Of a stretch of DNA of 64,000 nucleotides, positions 45,407 through 59,344 are shown piece after piece. Position numbers and translations under genes: made by a program. The notes below the pieces were generated by a model, which ran no database searches, was not told where the DNA came from, and worked only from the letters and a program-made list of their open reading frames with translations. Location of the stretch: the NCBI RefSeq assembly GCF_988242995.1, contig NZ_OZ547043.1; one strand, written 5' to 3'. Positions within the stretch are counted from its first letter, which is position 1; each line of letters begins with the position of its first letter.

Positions 45407-45745
45407 ATGAAGCTGGTGACCGTGATAATCAAACCATTCAAGCTGGAAGACGTTCGTGAAGCGTTATCTTCCATTGGTATTCAGGGCCTGACCGTCACCG
45501 AAGTGAAAGGTTTCGGGCGTCAGAAAGGGCATGCCGAGCTGTACCGGGGAGCGGAATACAGCGTCAACTTCCTGCCAAAAGTAAAAATTGATGTGGCGAT
45601 TGCTGATGACCAACTCGATGAAGTGATCGATATCGTCAGTAAGGCGGCTTACACCGGAAAAATTGGCGACGGCAAAATCTTCGTCGCTGAATTGCAACGC
45701 GTCATTCGTATTCGTACCGGCGAAGCCGACGAAGCGGCGCTGTAA
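45407..45745 (+). CDS. glnK: Nitrogen regulatory protein PII-2 (GlnK)
   Basis: ORF 45269-45745; start at MKLVTVIIKPFKLEDVREAL (112 aa); T-loop RGAEY. Confidence 0.95.
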   Translation: MKLVTVIIKPFKLEDVREALSSIGIQGLTVTEVKGFGRQKGHAELYRGAEYSVNFLPKVKIDVAIADDQLDEVIDIVSKAAYTGKIGDGKIFVAELQRVIRIRTGEADEAAL

Positions 45746-45774
45746 TCTCTGGCACACAGCAACAGGAACGAAAA

Positions 45775-47061
45775 ATGAAGATAGCGACGATAAAAACTGG
45801 GCTTGCTTCACTGGCGATGCTGCCGGGACTGGTAATGGCTGCACCTGCGGTGGCCGATAAAGCCGACAATGCGTTTATGATGATTTGTACTGCGCTGGTG
45901 CTGTTTATGACTATTCCGGGGATTGCCCTGTTTTACGGTGGGTTGATTCGCGGCAAAAACGTGCTGTCGATGCTGACGCAGGTGACGGTGACGTTTGCAC
46001 TGGTCTGTATTCTCTGGGTGGTTTACGGTTACTCGCTGGCGTTTGGTGAGGGAAACAACTTCTTCGGCAACATTAACTGGTTGATGCTGAAAAACATCGA
46101 ACTGACGGCGGTGATGGGCAGCATTTATCAGTATATCCACGTAGCGTTTCAGGGATCGTTTGCCTGCATTACCGTAGGCTTGATAGTTGGGGCGCTGGCG
46201 GAACGAATCCGCTTCTCAGCTGTGTTGATTTTCGTGGTGGTATGGCTGACGCTCTCCTACATTCCGATTGCGCATATGGTCTGGGGCGGCGGTTTGCTGG
46301 CTTCTCACGGTGCACTGGATTTCGCGGGTGGCACCGTGGTGCACATTAACGCCGCAATCGCCGGTCTGGTGGGCGCATATCTGATAGGCAAACGCGTGGG
46401 CTTCGGCAAAGAGGCGTTTAAACCGCACAACCTGCCGATGGTCTTCACCGGGACTGCCATTCTCTATATCGGTTGGTTTGGCTTTAACGCCGGGTCAGCG
46501 GGCACGGCGAATGAAATCGCAGCACTGGCATTTGTGAATACTGTGGTCGCAACGGCGGCGGCAATTCTTGGCTGGATCTTCGGTGAATGGGCGCTGCGTG
46601 GTAAGCCTTCACTGCTGGGAGCGTGTTCAGGCGCGATTGCCGGTCTGGTCGGCGTGACGCCAGCCTGTGGCTACATTGGGGTTGGCGGCGCGTTGATTAT
46701 CGGCGTGGTAGCTGGTCTGGCGGGCTTGTGGGGCGTTACCATGCTCAAACGCTTGCTGCGGGTGGATGATCCCTGCGATGTCTTCGGTGTGCACGGCGTT
46801 TGTGGCATTGTCGGCTGTATCATGACCGGGATTTTTGCCGCCAGTTCGCTGGGTGGCGTGGGCTTCGCTGACGGTGTGACGATGGGCCATCAGTTGCTGG
46901 TACAGCTGGAAAGCATCGCCATTACGATCGTCTGGTCCGGTGTGGTGGCATTTATTGGCTACAAACTGGCGGATCTGACGGTTGGCCTGCGTGTGCCGGA
47001 AGAACAAGAGCGAGAAGGGCTGGACGTCAACAGCCACGGCGAGAATGCCTATAACGCGTAA
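45775..47061 (+). CDS. amtB: Ammonium transporter AmtB
   Basis: 428-aa ORF with signal peptide and Amt/MEP core. Confidence 0.96.
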   Translation: MKIATIKTGLASLAMLPGLVMAAPAVADKADNAFMMICTALVLFMTIPGIALFYGGLIRGKNVLSMLTQVTVTFALVCILWVVYGYSLAFGEGNNFFGNINWLMLKNIELTAVMGSIYQYIHVAFQGSFACITVGLIVGALAERIRFSAVLIFVVVWLTLSYIPIAHMVWGGGLLASHGALDFAGGTVVHINAAIAGLVGAYLIGKRVGFGKEAFKPHNLPMVFTGTAILYIGWFGFNAGSAGTANEIAALAFVNTVVATAAAILGWIFGEWALRGKPSLLGACSGAIAGLVGVTPACGYIGVGGALIIGVVAGLAGLWGVTMLKRLLRVDDPCDVFGVHGVCGIVGCIMTGIFAASSLGGVGFADGVTMGHQLLVQLESIAITIVWSGVVAFIGYKLADLTVGLRVPEEQEREGLDVNSHGENAYNA

Positions 47062-47109
47062 CAAGCACTGCAAAAAACAGCCGGACGGTTTTCACCTCCG
47101 GCTATTTTT

Positions 47110-47970
47110 TTAATTGTGATTACGCATCACCCCTTCCTGAACGGTCGAGGCAACCAGCACGCCGTCCTGGGTATAAAACTCACCGCGCACAAAGCCGCGT
47201 GCGCTGGACGCCGAGGTGCTCTCCACGCTATACAGCAGCCATTCATTCAAATTAAACGGGCGATGGAACCACATGGAATGGTCAATGGTGGCAATCTGAA
47301 TCCCCGGTTCGAGAAAACCGATGCCGTGCGGCTGTAGAGCTACCGGCAGGAAGTTAAGATCAGAAGCGTAACCGAGCAGATACTGATGAACGCGCAGATC
47401 ATCCGGCACGCTACCATTTGCGCGGATCCACACCTGACGATGCGGTTCTGCGACGTGCCCTTTCAGTGGGTTATGAAACTCCACCGGACGGACTTCAAGC
47501 GGACGATCGCAGATGAATTTATCTTTCAGCACTGGCGGCAGCAGGTGCGCCAGCGATTGGGCGATTTGCGTTTCCGAAGGCAGGCCATCAGGCGCTGGCG
47601 CGGACGGCATTGTTTTTTGATGTTCGAAACCCGCTTCTGGTGCCTGGAAAGAGGCAGTCATATAAAAAATCGGTTTGCCGTTTTGAATAGCAGCAACCCG
47701 GCGGGCGCTGAAGCTGTTACCGTCACGCAGCGTTTCGACATCATAAATAATCGGTTTCTTACTATCGCCTGGGCGAAGAAAGTAGCTGTGAAACGAATGT
47801 ACCAGCCGCTCTTCAGGGACGGTCTCTTTTGCAGCATACAAGGCCTGACCCACGACCTGGCCGCCAAACACCTGGCGTAAACCTAAATCTTCACTCTGGC
47901 CGCGAAAGAGTCCTTCCTCAATTTTTTCCAGATTTAACAATGTCAGTAAATTTTTTAGCGCCTGACTCAT
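47110..47970 (-). CDS. tesB: Acyl-CoA thioesterase II
   Basis: ORF 47110-48054; start at [24 protein letters not shown] (286 aa). Confidence 0.93.
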
Positions 47971-48187
47971 ATAACTCTCCAGTAACAAAGCTGCCGCAGC
48001 AAGCCAAAGTGAGTTGAGTATAACGCAAATTTGCCACTGGTCCGATGGGTGCAATGGTCTGAATTACGGGCTAATTACAGGCAGAAATGCGTGATGTGTG
48101 CCACACTTGTTGACGTTACTATTTTGTTAACCACTCTTCCGGCGAGGAAAGTTAGCCCGCTGGTGCATTGATAATAAGGAGAAATGA

Positions 48188-48760
48188 ATGAAACTCGTGC
48201 ACATGGCCAGTGGTTTAGCGGTTGCGATTGCGTTGGCGGCTTGCGCAGATAAAAGCGCGGATATTCAGACGCCAGCACCGGCGGCAAATACGTCTATTTC
48301 AGCAACACAACAACCTGCTATCCAGCAACCGAATGTCTCCGGTACCGTCTGGATCCGTCAGAAAGTCGCACTGCCGCCTGATGCTGTGCTGACCGTGACA
48401 CTTTCTGACGCGTCGTTAGCCGATGCACCGTCAAAAGTGCTGGCGCAGAAAGCGGTGCGTACCGAAGGTAAACAGTCACCATTCAGCTTTGTTCTGCCAT
48501 TTAACCCGGCAGATGTTCAGCCGAATGCGCGTATTCTGTTGAGTGCGGCGATTACCGTGAATGACAAACTGGTATTTATTACCGATACCGTTCAGCCGGT
48601 GATCAACCAGGGCGGAACTAAAGCCGACCTGACATTGGTGCCGGTGCAGCAAACCGCCGTGCCGGTTCAGGCCAGCGGTGGCGCAACGACTACCGTACCT
48701 TCGACTTCACCAACTCAGGTGAATCCGTCTTCGGCAGTTCCAGCTCCTACGCAATATTAA
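48188..48760 (+). CDS. ybaY: Lipoprotein YbaY
   Basis: 190-aa ORF with lipobox (LAACA). Confidence 0.9.
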   Translation: MKLVHMASGLAVAIALAACADKSADIQTPAPAANTSISATQQPAIQQPNVSGTVWIRQKVALPPDAVLTVTLSDASLADAPSKVLAQKAVRTEGKQSPFSFVLPFNPADVQPNARILLSAAITVNDKLVFITDTVQPVINQGGTKADLTLVPVQQTAVPVQASGGATTTVPSTSPTQVNPSSAVPAPTQY

Positions 48761-48768
48761 GCGCAGTT

Positions 48769-48792
48769 AACCCTCTCCGCCCGGAGAGGGTT
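48769..48792. terminator. Bidirectional hairpin between convergent ybaY and atl
   Basis: aaccctctc-cgcccg-gagagggtt, overlapping the atl stop codon. Confidence 0.55.
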
Positions 48793-49180
48793 AGTAGTTC
48801 CAGCGATAACGCTGCAAGTCGATTTGCCCGCTTCCCGATACCATCACACCTTCTGCCAGTAATGCCTGTCGTTGACGCTGTAAATCCGGTCCGGTTAGCG
48901 AAATTGTGCCGTGGCGATTAACCACCCGGTGCCAGGGTAAGGTGCTGCCTTCGGGGAGACGCTTTAACACACCGCCCACCTGGCGCGCGGCGCGGGGCGA
49001 TCCTGCCAGTTTCGCCACATCACCGTAAGTGGTGACATAGCCTTCGGGAATAGCGGCGACGATTTGCCAGACGCGTTGGGGAAATGAATCTTCTTTTTCC
49101 ATCTTTTCTTCCTGAGGTAATTTTTCAGCATAATCTGGAAAAACGCCCGAGTGAAGCCGCATTGCGCAAGAAACCAGCAT
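48791..49180 (-). CDS. atl: DNA base-flipping alkyltransferase-like protein Atl (YbaZ)
   Basis: ORF 48791-49201; MGMT-like DNA-binding domain without the active-site Cys context; start taken at MLVSCAMRLHSG (129 aa). Confidence 0.85.
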   Translation of the reverse strand: MLVSCAMRLHSGVFPDYAEKLPQEEKMEKEDSFPQRVWQIVAAIPEGYVTTYGDVAKLAGSPRAARQVGGVLKRLPEGSTLPWHRVVNRHGTISLTGPDLQRQRQALLAEGVMVSGSGQIDLQRYRWNY

Positions 49181-49256
49181 CCGGCACGCAATGGGTTGCA
49201 ATTAGCCGGGGCAGCAGTGATAATGCGCCTGCGCGTTGGTTCTCAACGCTCTCAAT

Positions 49257-49370
49257 GGGGGCTCTGTTGGTTCTCCCGCAACGCTACTCTGTTTACCAGG
49301 TCAGGTCCGGAAGGAAGCAGCCAAGGCAGATGACGCGTGTGCCGGGATGTAGCTGGCAGGGCCCCCACCC
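49257..49370 (+). ncRNA. ffs: 4.5S RNA (signal recognition particle RNA)
   Basis: 114-nt sequence GGGGGCTCTGTTGGTTCTCCCGCAACGC...GGCAGGGCCCCCACCC matches the E. coli 4.5S RNA as I recall it, including the conserved SRP domain IV loop region (GGAAGCAGCCAAGGCAGA); located between atl and ybaA as in K-12. Confidence 0.95.
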
Positions 49371-49480
49371 ATTTCTGCCTCCCCCCGTTTCGTCAAAAAA
49401 TCCCAATATGGCTAAACTTTAACCACAACTGACGTCGCAAGAATTGTCTGGCTGCGCAGTACGCTTCGGAGGTATGTCTG

Positions 49481-49834
49481 ATGAAGTATATTGATGGTTT
49501 TGTGGTTGCCGTTCCTGTCGATAAAAAGGATGCCTATCGGGAAATGGCTGCTAAGGCTGCGCCATTGTTTAAAGAGTTTGGCGCGCTTCGTATTGTCGAA
49601 TGCTGGGCCAGCGATGTACCGGATGGCAAAGTGACCGATTTTCGTATGGCGGTAAAAGCTGAAGAGAATGAAGAGGTTGTCTTTAGCTGGATTGAATACC
49701 CTTCAAAAGAGGTCCGCGACGCTGCTAATCAAAAGATGATGTCGGACCCACGGATGAAAGAGTTCGGCGAGTCCATGCCGTTTGATGGTAAGCGAATGAT
49801 CTATGGCGGATTCGAGTCAATCATCGACGAATAG
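49481..49834 (+). CDS. ybaA: DUF1428-family protein YbaA
   Basis: 117-aa ORF (MKYIDGFVVAVPVDKKDAYREMAAKAAPLFKEFGALRIVECWASD...). Confidence 0.9.
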   Translation: MKYIDGFVVAVPVDKKDAYREMAAKAAPLFKEFGALRIVECWASDVPDGKVTDFRMAVKAEENEEVVFSWIEYPSKEVRDAANQKMMSDPRMKEFGESMPFDGKRMIYGGFESIIDE

Positions 49835-49875
49835 GTAGCGTGACGGGCTGTGCGGCGTGCCGTCAGCCCTACAAT

Positions 49876-51432
49876 TCACAAATGTTGCTCGGCCCAGCGT
49901 AAGAAATCTTCTTTCGGTAATGCCTTGCTGTAGAGCCAGCCCTGACCGTAGTGCACGCCATGCTGGCGTAACCACTCTTCTTGTTTACTGGTTTCGATTC
50001 CCTCCGCTACCATTTTCAGTTTCAGTGTTTTTGCCATTTCGATGATATGCGGCGTGACATTTTTATATTCCAGCGCATCAACGAAAGATTTATCGATCTT
50101 CAGAATGTCGACATCCAGATCCTGTAAATAACTTAAACTTGAATACCCCGTACCAAAATCATCAAGATAAATTTCATGGCCCGCCTCCCGGTAGCGAGAA
50201 ATTATCGGGGCGCTGGTTTTCGGATCGGCAAACTCGCGTTCAGTGAGTTCAAGCGCGATCTGTCTGGGATTAACCTGATAGTGATTGATCATTTCACGCA
50301 GCAATTGCGGGATTTTTTCCGAGGTGAGCACGGTGGATTCAAGATTGATCGAAATATGCTGCTGCGGATGCTGACGCAGCCAGTCGCCCATATCTTCAAA
50401 GACGCTTCTTATAATCAGTAGCGTCAATGGCTCAGAAAGGCCCGTTTGCTGTGCCAGCGGAATAAAACTATCTGGTGACAACCAACTACCGTCTGTCTGC
50501 GGCCAGCGCGCCAGTGCCTCAGCACCGACAATTTTGCCATTGGCTAAGGAGACAATCGGCTGATAGTGCACGCAAATATCACGATTTTCGATAGCATCCT
50601 GCAGCCGATGATGCGGTGACTGGATACGGCGCAAAATACGCAGCACAAACATCGCTGCCAGCAGGCCAATCACCAACCCGAGCGGTAACCAAATAAAGAC
50701 TTGCCGATGCCAGCCTTTCTGCAACATTTTCGTTGAAGCCCAGGTGATGATCGAAATATTCATTTCCGGGAAGGGCAGGATATCGTAAATGATTCCATTA
50801 TTTTCGATATGCTCACCGGGTGTTTTTTGTAGTCTGGTAATAATTCCCTGAGCAATTTCATCGCTGCTGGTTATCACAACGTTATGGGCATTGCCAATAA
50901 TGGCGGCATCAATTTGCCATGAGCTATAGGGAATGACATCAATAAAGGAAGCGGGGTCGATCATGACGACATAATGTGCCGTTCCCATGGCAACCATGTA
51001 ACGGATAATGCCTAAATCGTTATGCGATGTTAACCAGACACGATAACCATCTTTCGAAATTTTACCTGGCTCGGGGAAGGTATCGGGCGGGCTTTCATGC
51101 TCCAGAGACGAACACTGGGGAACGTTGTTATCGATATAAACCACTTCCTGAATATAGCGATAACTGTAAGATACCCGACGCATTTCCATGAGATGGGCTT
51201 CGCTACAGGCAGCGCCTTGCCATCTTTCCAGCTCTTGCAGCGCATCTTTCCCTTGTGTCGCCACCTTATTGGCCCGAATAGCGACGCGGGAGGAATACGT
51301 ATTCAGCTCTTCAATAAATGATGTTTCTACCTGCTGATGGGCCAGCCAGATGCTTAAGCCGACAGGCAGCAATACTGAAAGAATCAGTACTCCCGAAATA
51401 AGGCCGACCAAATGTCGTGTTCTCACCACCAT
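49876..51432 (-). CDS. pdeB: Cyclic-di-GMP phosphodiesterase PdeB (YlaB), CSS-motif sensor plus EAL domain
   Basis: 518-codon ORF; N-terminal TM segment, periplasmic CSS domain, C-terminal EAL domain (…EALARW… DDFGTGYSSL). Confidence 0.88.
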   Translation of the reverse strand: MVVRTRHLVGLISGVLILSVLLPVGLSIWLAHQQVETSFIEELNTYSSRVAIRANKVATQGKDALQELERWQGAACSEAHLMEMRRVSYSYRYIQEVVYIDNNVPQCSSLEHESPPDTFPEPGKISKDGYRVWLTSHNDLGIIRYMVAMGTAHYVVMIDPASFIDVIPYSSWQIDAAIIGNAHNVVITSSDEIAQGIITRLQKTPGEHIENNGIIYDILPFPEMNISIITWASTKMLQKGWHRQVFIWLPLGLVIGLLAAMFVLRILRRIQSPHHRLQDAIENRDICVHYQPIVSLANGKIVGAEALARWPQTDGSWLSPDSFIPLAQQTGLSEPLTLLIIRSVFEDMGDWLRQHPQQHISINLESTVLTSEKIPQLLREMINHYQVNPRQIALELTEREFADPKTSAPIISRYREAGHEIYLDDFGTGYSSLSYLQDLDVDILKIDKSFVDALEYKNVTPHIIEMAKTLKLKMVAEGIETSKQEEWLRQHGVHYGQGWLYSKALPKEDFLRWAEQHL

Positions 51433-51589
51433 ATCCTTATTAACACAGTGTAGGGAAAGTATATCTGATTGTGGAAAAAGGCTTGCAGGAGATAAGGAGG
51501 TAGAGCCGGGATTTCATGAAGGGATGGGTGGAAACGAACGTTGTCATTTGACCAGGCGCAGAGCTTTACGCCTGGTATGTAACCCTAAC

Positions 51590-52060
51590 TTAAGATGTTG
51601 ATTCGGCGCGAGCGAGGGTAAAAATATCGTAAAAAGACAGTTCACCTTTACGGACGATCATTTTTTGCAGTTGTTCTTTATGAACATCCGCGACACGCGG
51701 AGAGTTCAAGATGGCTTCAACCAGCGCGGCAGGTACAAAGCGCGTGTTGTACCATTCGCCGTTATAGCAAACGCGGAAATCCAGCACGTCGATATCTTCA
51801 TAGCGGTAGCGTGGGTAGACATCGAAAAAGAAGAAACCATTAAGCAGGATAAATAATACAACCAGTAGCCAGACAGAGCCTGAAAGCGTTTCGGACTGCA
51901 ACATCACCGCCAGGGTGGCAAAAAAAGCAACATACATACCGATAAACAGCCCCGGATGTTTACGGATAAAACTGATACTAAAGCGGGGTTTGTTGTCGCG
52001 TTTTTCGCGGGTATTTAGAGACTCAATTGTTTCGGTCAGCAGGCGTTGTATTTCGGTCAT
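51590..52060 (-). CDS. ylaC: Inner-membrane protein YlaC
   Basis: ORF 51590-52099; start at [27 protein letters not shown] (156 aa). Confidence 0.85.
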
Positions 52061-52175
52061 CGTTTGCCTTCGTGGTATCTGCAACTTTCCAGGGAACACC
52101 CTATTTTAACGTGGGAATAGTAGAGGGAAAGTAACAGATTTACCACAATTTTGCATAACAGTTGCGAAAAACCTA

Positions 52176-52727
52176 TTACAATTTTTTAATTATTCTGGCT
52201 GGATTACCGCCCACGACAACGTTGTCCGGGACATCTTTTGTGACAACTGCACCTGAGGCTACCACGACGTTATCACCAATGGTCACACCAGGGTTAATGA
52301 CCGCGCGTCCGCCAATCCAGACGTTATTACCGATGGTGACGGGTTTCCCCAGTTCAGCACCGCTATTACGTGCTACAGGGTCGATGGGATGTGTTGCCGT
52401 GTAGATATGAACGCCTGGTGCCAACATACAGTTATCACCGATGCGAATAGGGCAGACATCAAGCATCACGCAATCGAAGTTGGCGAAAAAATTATTGCCG
52501 AGAAAAATGTTATAGCCATAATCACAGCGAAACGTTGGCTCAATATAAGCCTCTGTCACCTGACCGAATAAATCAGCGAGAATTTGCTGGCGTAATGTGT
52601 GCTCTTCCGCCAGGGAATGATTGTATCGGTGAATAAGCTGACGAGCGCGCAGGCGATCGCGAGATAACGTCTCATCTGCCGAGCGATACAACTCACCAGC
52701 AATCATCTTTTCTTTTTCTGTGCTCAT
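52176..52727 (-). CDS. maa: Maltose O-acetyltransferase (hexapeptide-repeat acyltransferase)
   Basis: 183-aa ORF with left-handed beta-helix hexapeptide repeats ([19 protein letters not shown]...[31 protein letters not shown]). Confidence 0.93.
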
Positions 52728-52898
52728 TACTGACCTCCGGTTGCTGAAAATGCGGCAACACAGTAAGACGAAAAGTCAGTGAAGAGAACGTTCCCATTAC
52801 ATCTGTGTGATAAAGATCACATAGGGTATGTCTTCATGGCGAAAAAGTATAAAATTCTTAATAAACAGCCGGTTATAGCTCCGAAAGCGAATTATTTA

Positions 52899-53117
52899 TT
52901 AGCGAATAAATTTCCATACTGAGGAAGGGATCTTGTCGTACAGTTTATTCATGGTCAATTCGGCGAGGCGGTGATCTGCGGCTGAGTAAAATACCGCCAG
53001 TTCATTATCTGATAATTCGTATTTATTTTTCTCGATAACACGCTCCAGCGTGTCAATTGTCTGGCAACGACGTAAACGCATTAAATAATCGGTTTTTGTT
53101 AAAGGTTTTTCGGACAT
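52899..53117 (-). CDS. hha: Haemolysin expression-modulating protein Hha (H-NS co-regulator)
   Basis: 72-aa internal frame of ORF 52899-53363 ([72 protein letters not shown]). Confidence 0.95.
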
Positions 53118-53142
53118 ACTTCTACCCATGGTTGTAATAATT

Positions 53143-53517
53143 CTAACAAGATAAACTCGCAGGATTCTCTTTCGTCGCATTGACAAAACAACGGAATAGT
53201 CGATTACCTGACTTCCGCCATTTCTGAAGATCCTGCATATTAATACCATAACTGCTGAACAACATAAAGGTGTCATCCAGATATTCGTCGATCTGCTCAA
53301 TGAGCTTATTGTCTTCATTATACTTAATTTTGTAATTAAGTGCGAAGGTCGCAATATGCTCAATCAGTTCATTCAACTGGAGGTTGATCGCCGAGGTTGG
53401 GTCGTTAACCCAGCCATGATTGCTTTCTTCAAGGTTTGCAAGACAGTCATGATACAGGGTTTCACAGAGAAACTTAAGCTGTGCGATATCATGTCTTTTG
53501 GGTGAGTATTCATCCAT
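53143..53517 (-). CDS. tomB: Hha toxicity modulator TomB (YbaJ)
   Basis: 124-aa ORF immediately upstream of hha on the same strand. Confidence 0.9.
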
Positions 53518-54021
53518 AACGCGTCCCCTTCTTAGTGGTTGAACTAACGGACACCTTTCGGGATGGAAAAAACTTACTGACCTGGACTTGCCCTCTCGTT
53601 TGTTAGCTTAACTATAAGCCACTCTTTGCAGGTTTTCATCGCATTATTACGAAAAATTACAATTAGGAAGGAAGCGGGACAGGACTTACTTTTTCATACT
53701 AGCACTAACCCGCAGCAGGTAAAAGCAGTTTGCTCGAACTGTTCATAACATTTCAGGATTATCGCCAGATGAAATTGGTAACACTAATACCAGGATTGCT
53801 CTGAATATGACGTAATAACCGAGGAATGAATAAAGAATTACCGCAAATAATTAAGAATAGCCTCTAAATGATTATGGATTATTAAATCTATTAGCGCTAC
53901 TTAATATAAATTAACTAACAATCAGTATTTTTTATGAATTTTAAACGTGTTTAATACTGGTTTTCGTATGAGATCCTGAGTTGGTGGTTCAATGACTTCT
54001 TAATGTTCGTCGGTTATGCAT

Positions 54022-54043
54022 AAAAAAGGCCGCTTGCGCGGCC
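54022..54043 (-). terminator. Rho-independent terminator after acrB
   Basis: ggccgc-ttgc-gcggcc hairpin followed on the minus strand by tttttt, 20 nt downstream of the acrB stop. Confidence 0.7.
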
Positions 54044-54062
54044 TTTGTGATTACACGTTGTA

Positions 54063-57215
<3,153 letters not shown>

Positions 57216-57234
57216 TTAACGGCTCCTGTTTAAG

Positions 57235-58428
57235 TTAAGACTTGGACTGTTCAGGCTGAGCACCGCTTGCGGCTTGCTGGTTATTATCAGCGGTAACTTC
57301 TTGTGCTTTTACCTGGACACCAGGACGCACTTTCTGCAGCCCACTTATTACTACGCGATCGCCTGCTTTCAGACCTTCTGTCACCAGCCACTTATCGCCA
57401 ATAGCCTGGCTTGCAACGATCGGACGGGTTTCCACTTTGTCATCCGCGCCAACCACCAGTACGGTGGCATCGCCACGCGGCGTACGGGTTACGCCCTGTT
57501 GCGGGACTAAAATAGCGTTTGGATTAAGCCCTTCTTCCAGACGTGCACGTACGAACATACCCGGCAGCAGAGTGTGATCCGGGTTCGGGAAGATAGCGCG
57601 TAGGGTGATAGACCCGGTGGTCTGATCAACGGTAACGTCAGAGAATTCCAGCGTACCGTCCTGCGGGAACTTAATGCCGTCACTGGTGATCAGCGACACT
57701 TTGGCTTTGCCGTTCTCTTGTTTCAGCGTGCCATTTGCCAGCTCCTGTTTCAGGCGCAGGAAGTCGTTGCTGGACTGGGTCACATCAACGTAGATCGGAT
57801 CAAGTTGCTGCACGGTTGCCAGCGCAGTCGCCTGACCGTTCTGTACCAATGCGCCTTCTGTCACGTTCGACTTACCAATGCGACCGCTAATCGGAGAGGT
57901 GACTTTGGTGTAAGCCAGATTGATCCGCGCAGTTTCAACGGCAGCTTTCGCCGCAGTGACCGCAGCATTCGCCTGTTGCGCATCAGCCAGAGCCTGATCG
58001 TACTCTTGCTTACTGATGTACTGAGTACCGAGCAATTTCTGATAACGATTCACCGTCAATTGCGCGATATTGGCTGCAGCCTGGGCTTTCGCCAGATCGC
58101 CTTTCGCGCTGTCGTATGCCGCCTGATAGGTCGCAGGATCAATCTGATAGAGAGAGACACCTGCTTCGATGTCGCTACCTTCTTTGAAATTACGCTTCAG
58201 GATAATCCCGCTAACTTGAGGACGAACTTCTGCGATCCGGTAGGCACTGGTGCGACCCGGAAGCTCGGTTGTGATCTGCAGAGGTTCAGTTTTGACTGTT
58301 ACTACGCCAACGGCGGGCATCTGCTGGCCACCTTGTTGGGCCTGTTTGTCGTCACATCCTGTTAGGGCTAAGCTGCCTGAGAGCATCAGAACGACCGCCA
58401 GAGGCGTAAACCCTCTGTTTTTGTTCAT
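57235..58428 (-). CDS. acrA: RND efflux periplasmic adaptor AcrA
   Basis: ORF 57235-58464; start at MNKNRGFTPLAVVLMLSGSLALTGC (lipobox), 397 aa. Confidence 0.96.
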   Translation of the reverse strand: MNKNRGFTPLAVVLMLSGSLALTGCDDKQAQQGGQQMPAVGVVTVKTEPLQITTELPGRTSAYRIAEVRPQVSGIILKRNFKEGSDIEAGVSLYQIDPATYQAAYDSAKGDLAKAQAAANIAQLTVNRYQKLLGTQYISKQEYDQALADAQQANAAVTAAKAAVETARINLAYTKVTSPISGRIGKSNVTEGALVQNGQATALATVQQLDPIYVDVTQSSNDFLRLKQELANGTLKQENGKAKVSLITSDGIKFPQDGTLEFSDVTVDQTTGSITLRAIFPNPDHTLLPGMFVRARLEEGLNPNAILVPQQGVTRTPRGDATVLVVGADDKVETRPIVASQAIGDKWLVTEGLKAGDRVVISGLQKVRPGVQVKAQEVTADNNQQAASGAQPEQSKS

Positions 58429-58517
58429 ATGTAAACCTCGAGTGTCCGATTTCAAATTGGTCAATGGTCAAAAGTTAATAAACCCATTGCTGCGTTTATA
58501 TTATCGTCGTGCTATGG

Positions 58518-58541
58518 TACATACATTCACAAATGTATGTA
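58518..58541. promoter_or_regulatory. AcrR operator: 24-bp palindrome in the acrA/acrR divergent promoter region
   Basis: tacatacattcacaaatgtatgta (10-bp perfect inverted arms around a 4-bp core) between acrA and acrR. Confidence 0.8.
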
Positions 58542-58569
58542 AATCTAACGCCTGTAAATTCACGAACAT

Positions 58570-59217
58570 ATGGCACGAAAAACCAAACAAGAAGCGCAAG
58601 AAACGCGCCAACACATCCTCGATGTGGCTCTACGTCTTTTCTCACAGCAGGGGGTATCATCCACCTCGCTGGGCGAGATTGCAAAAGCAGCTGGCGTTAC
58701 GCGCGGTGCAATCTACTGGCATTTTAAAGACAAGTCGGATTTGTTCAGTGAGATCTGGGAACTGTCAGAATCCAATATTGGTGAACTAGAGCTTGAGTAT
58801 CAGGCAAAATTCCCTGGCGATCCACTCTCAGTATTAAGAGAGATATTAATTCATGTTCTTGAATCCACGGTGACAGAAGAACGGCGTCGATTATTGATGG
58901 AGATTATATTCCACAAATGCGAATTTGTCGGAGAAATGGCTGTTGTGCAACAGGCACAACGTAATCTCTGTCTGGAAAGTTATGACCGTATAGAACAAAC
59001 GTTAAAACATTGTATTGAAGCGAAAATGTTGCCTGCGGATTTAATGACGCGTCGCGCAGCAATTATTATGCGCGGCTATATTTCCGGCCTGATGGAAAAC
59101 TGGCTCTTTGCCCCGCAATCTTTTGATCTTCAAAAAGAAGCCCGCGATTACGTCGCCATCTTACTGGAGATGTATCTCCTGTGCCCCACGCTTCGTAATC
59201 CTGCCACTAACGAATAA
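58570..59217 (+). CDS. acrR: TetR-family repressor AcrR
   Basis: 215-aa ORF with N-terminal TetR HTH ([52 protein letters not shown]). Confidence 0.96.
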   Translation: MARKTKQEAQETRQHILDVALRLFSQQGVSSTSLGEIAKAAGVTRGAIYWHFKDKSDLFSEIWELSESNIGELELEYQAKFPGDPLSVLREILIHVLESTVTEERRRLLMEIIFHKCEFVGEMAVVQQAQRNLCLESYDRIEQTLKHCIEAKMLPADLMTRRAAIIMRGYISGLMENWLFAPQSFDLQKEARDYVAILLEMYLLCPTLRNPATNE

Positions 59218-59344
59218 CCCTGAATCTGACTCCAGGATTTTTCCTGGACATTTTCGTCGTTGCTATTCTGGTTCACTGCGTCGTGATATTCTTGCGGTTT
59301 GACTTTTTCAGGTCGTTCTTCAGGTTCAGAAACCTTCATTCATC

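Noticed and set aside
49084-49422. 112-aa and 60-aa plus-strand ORFs in the atl-ybaA spacer
   Set aside because: They overlap the 4.5S RNA gene ffs (49257-49370); the RNA gene explains the region.
53518-54062. 545-bp AT-rich spacer between tomB and acrB examined for hidden small genes or mobile-element scars
   Set aside because: Length matches K-12 as I recall it; it contains the tomB-hha promoter region and the acrB terminator; no convincing ORF with an RBS or repeat structure.
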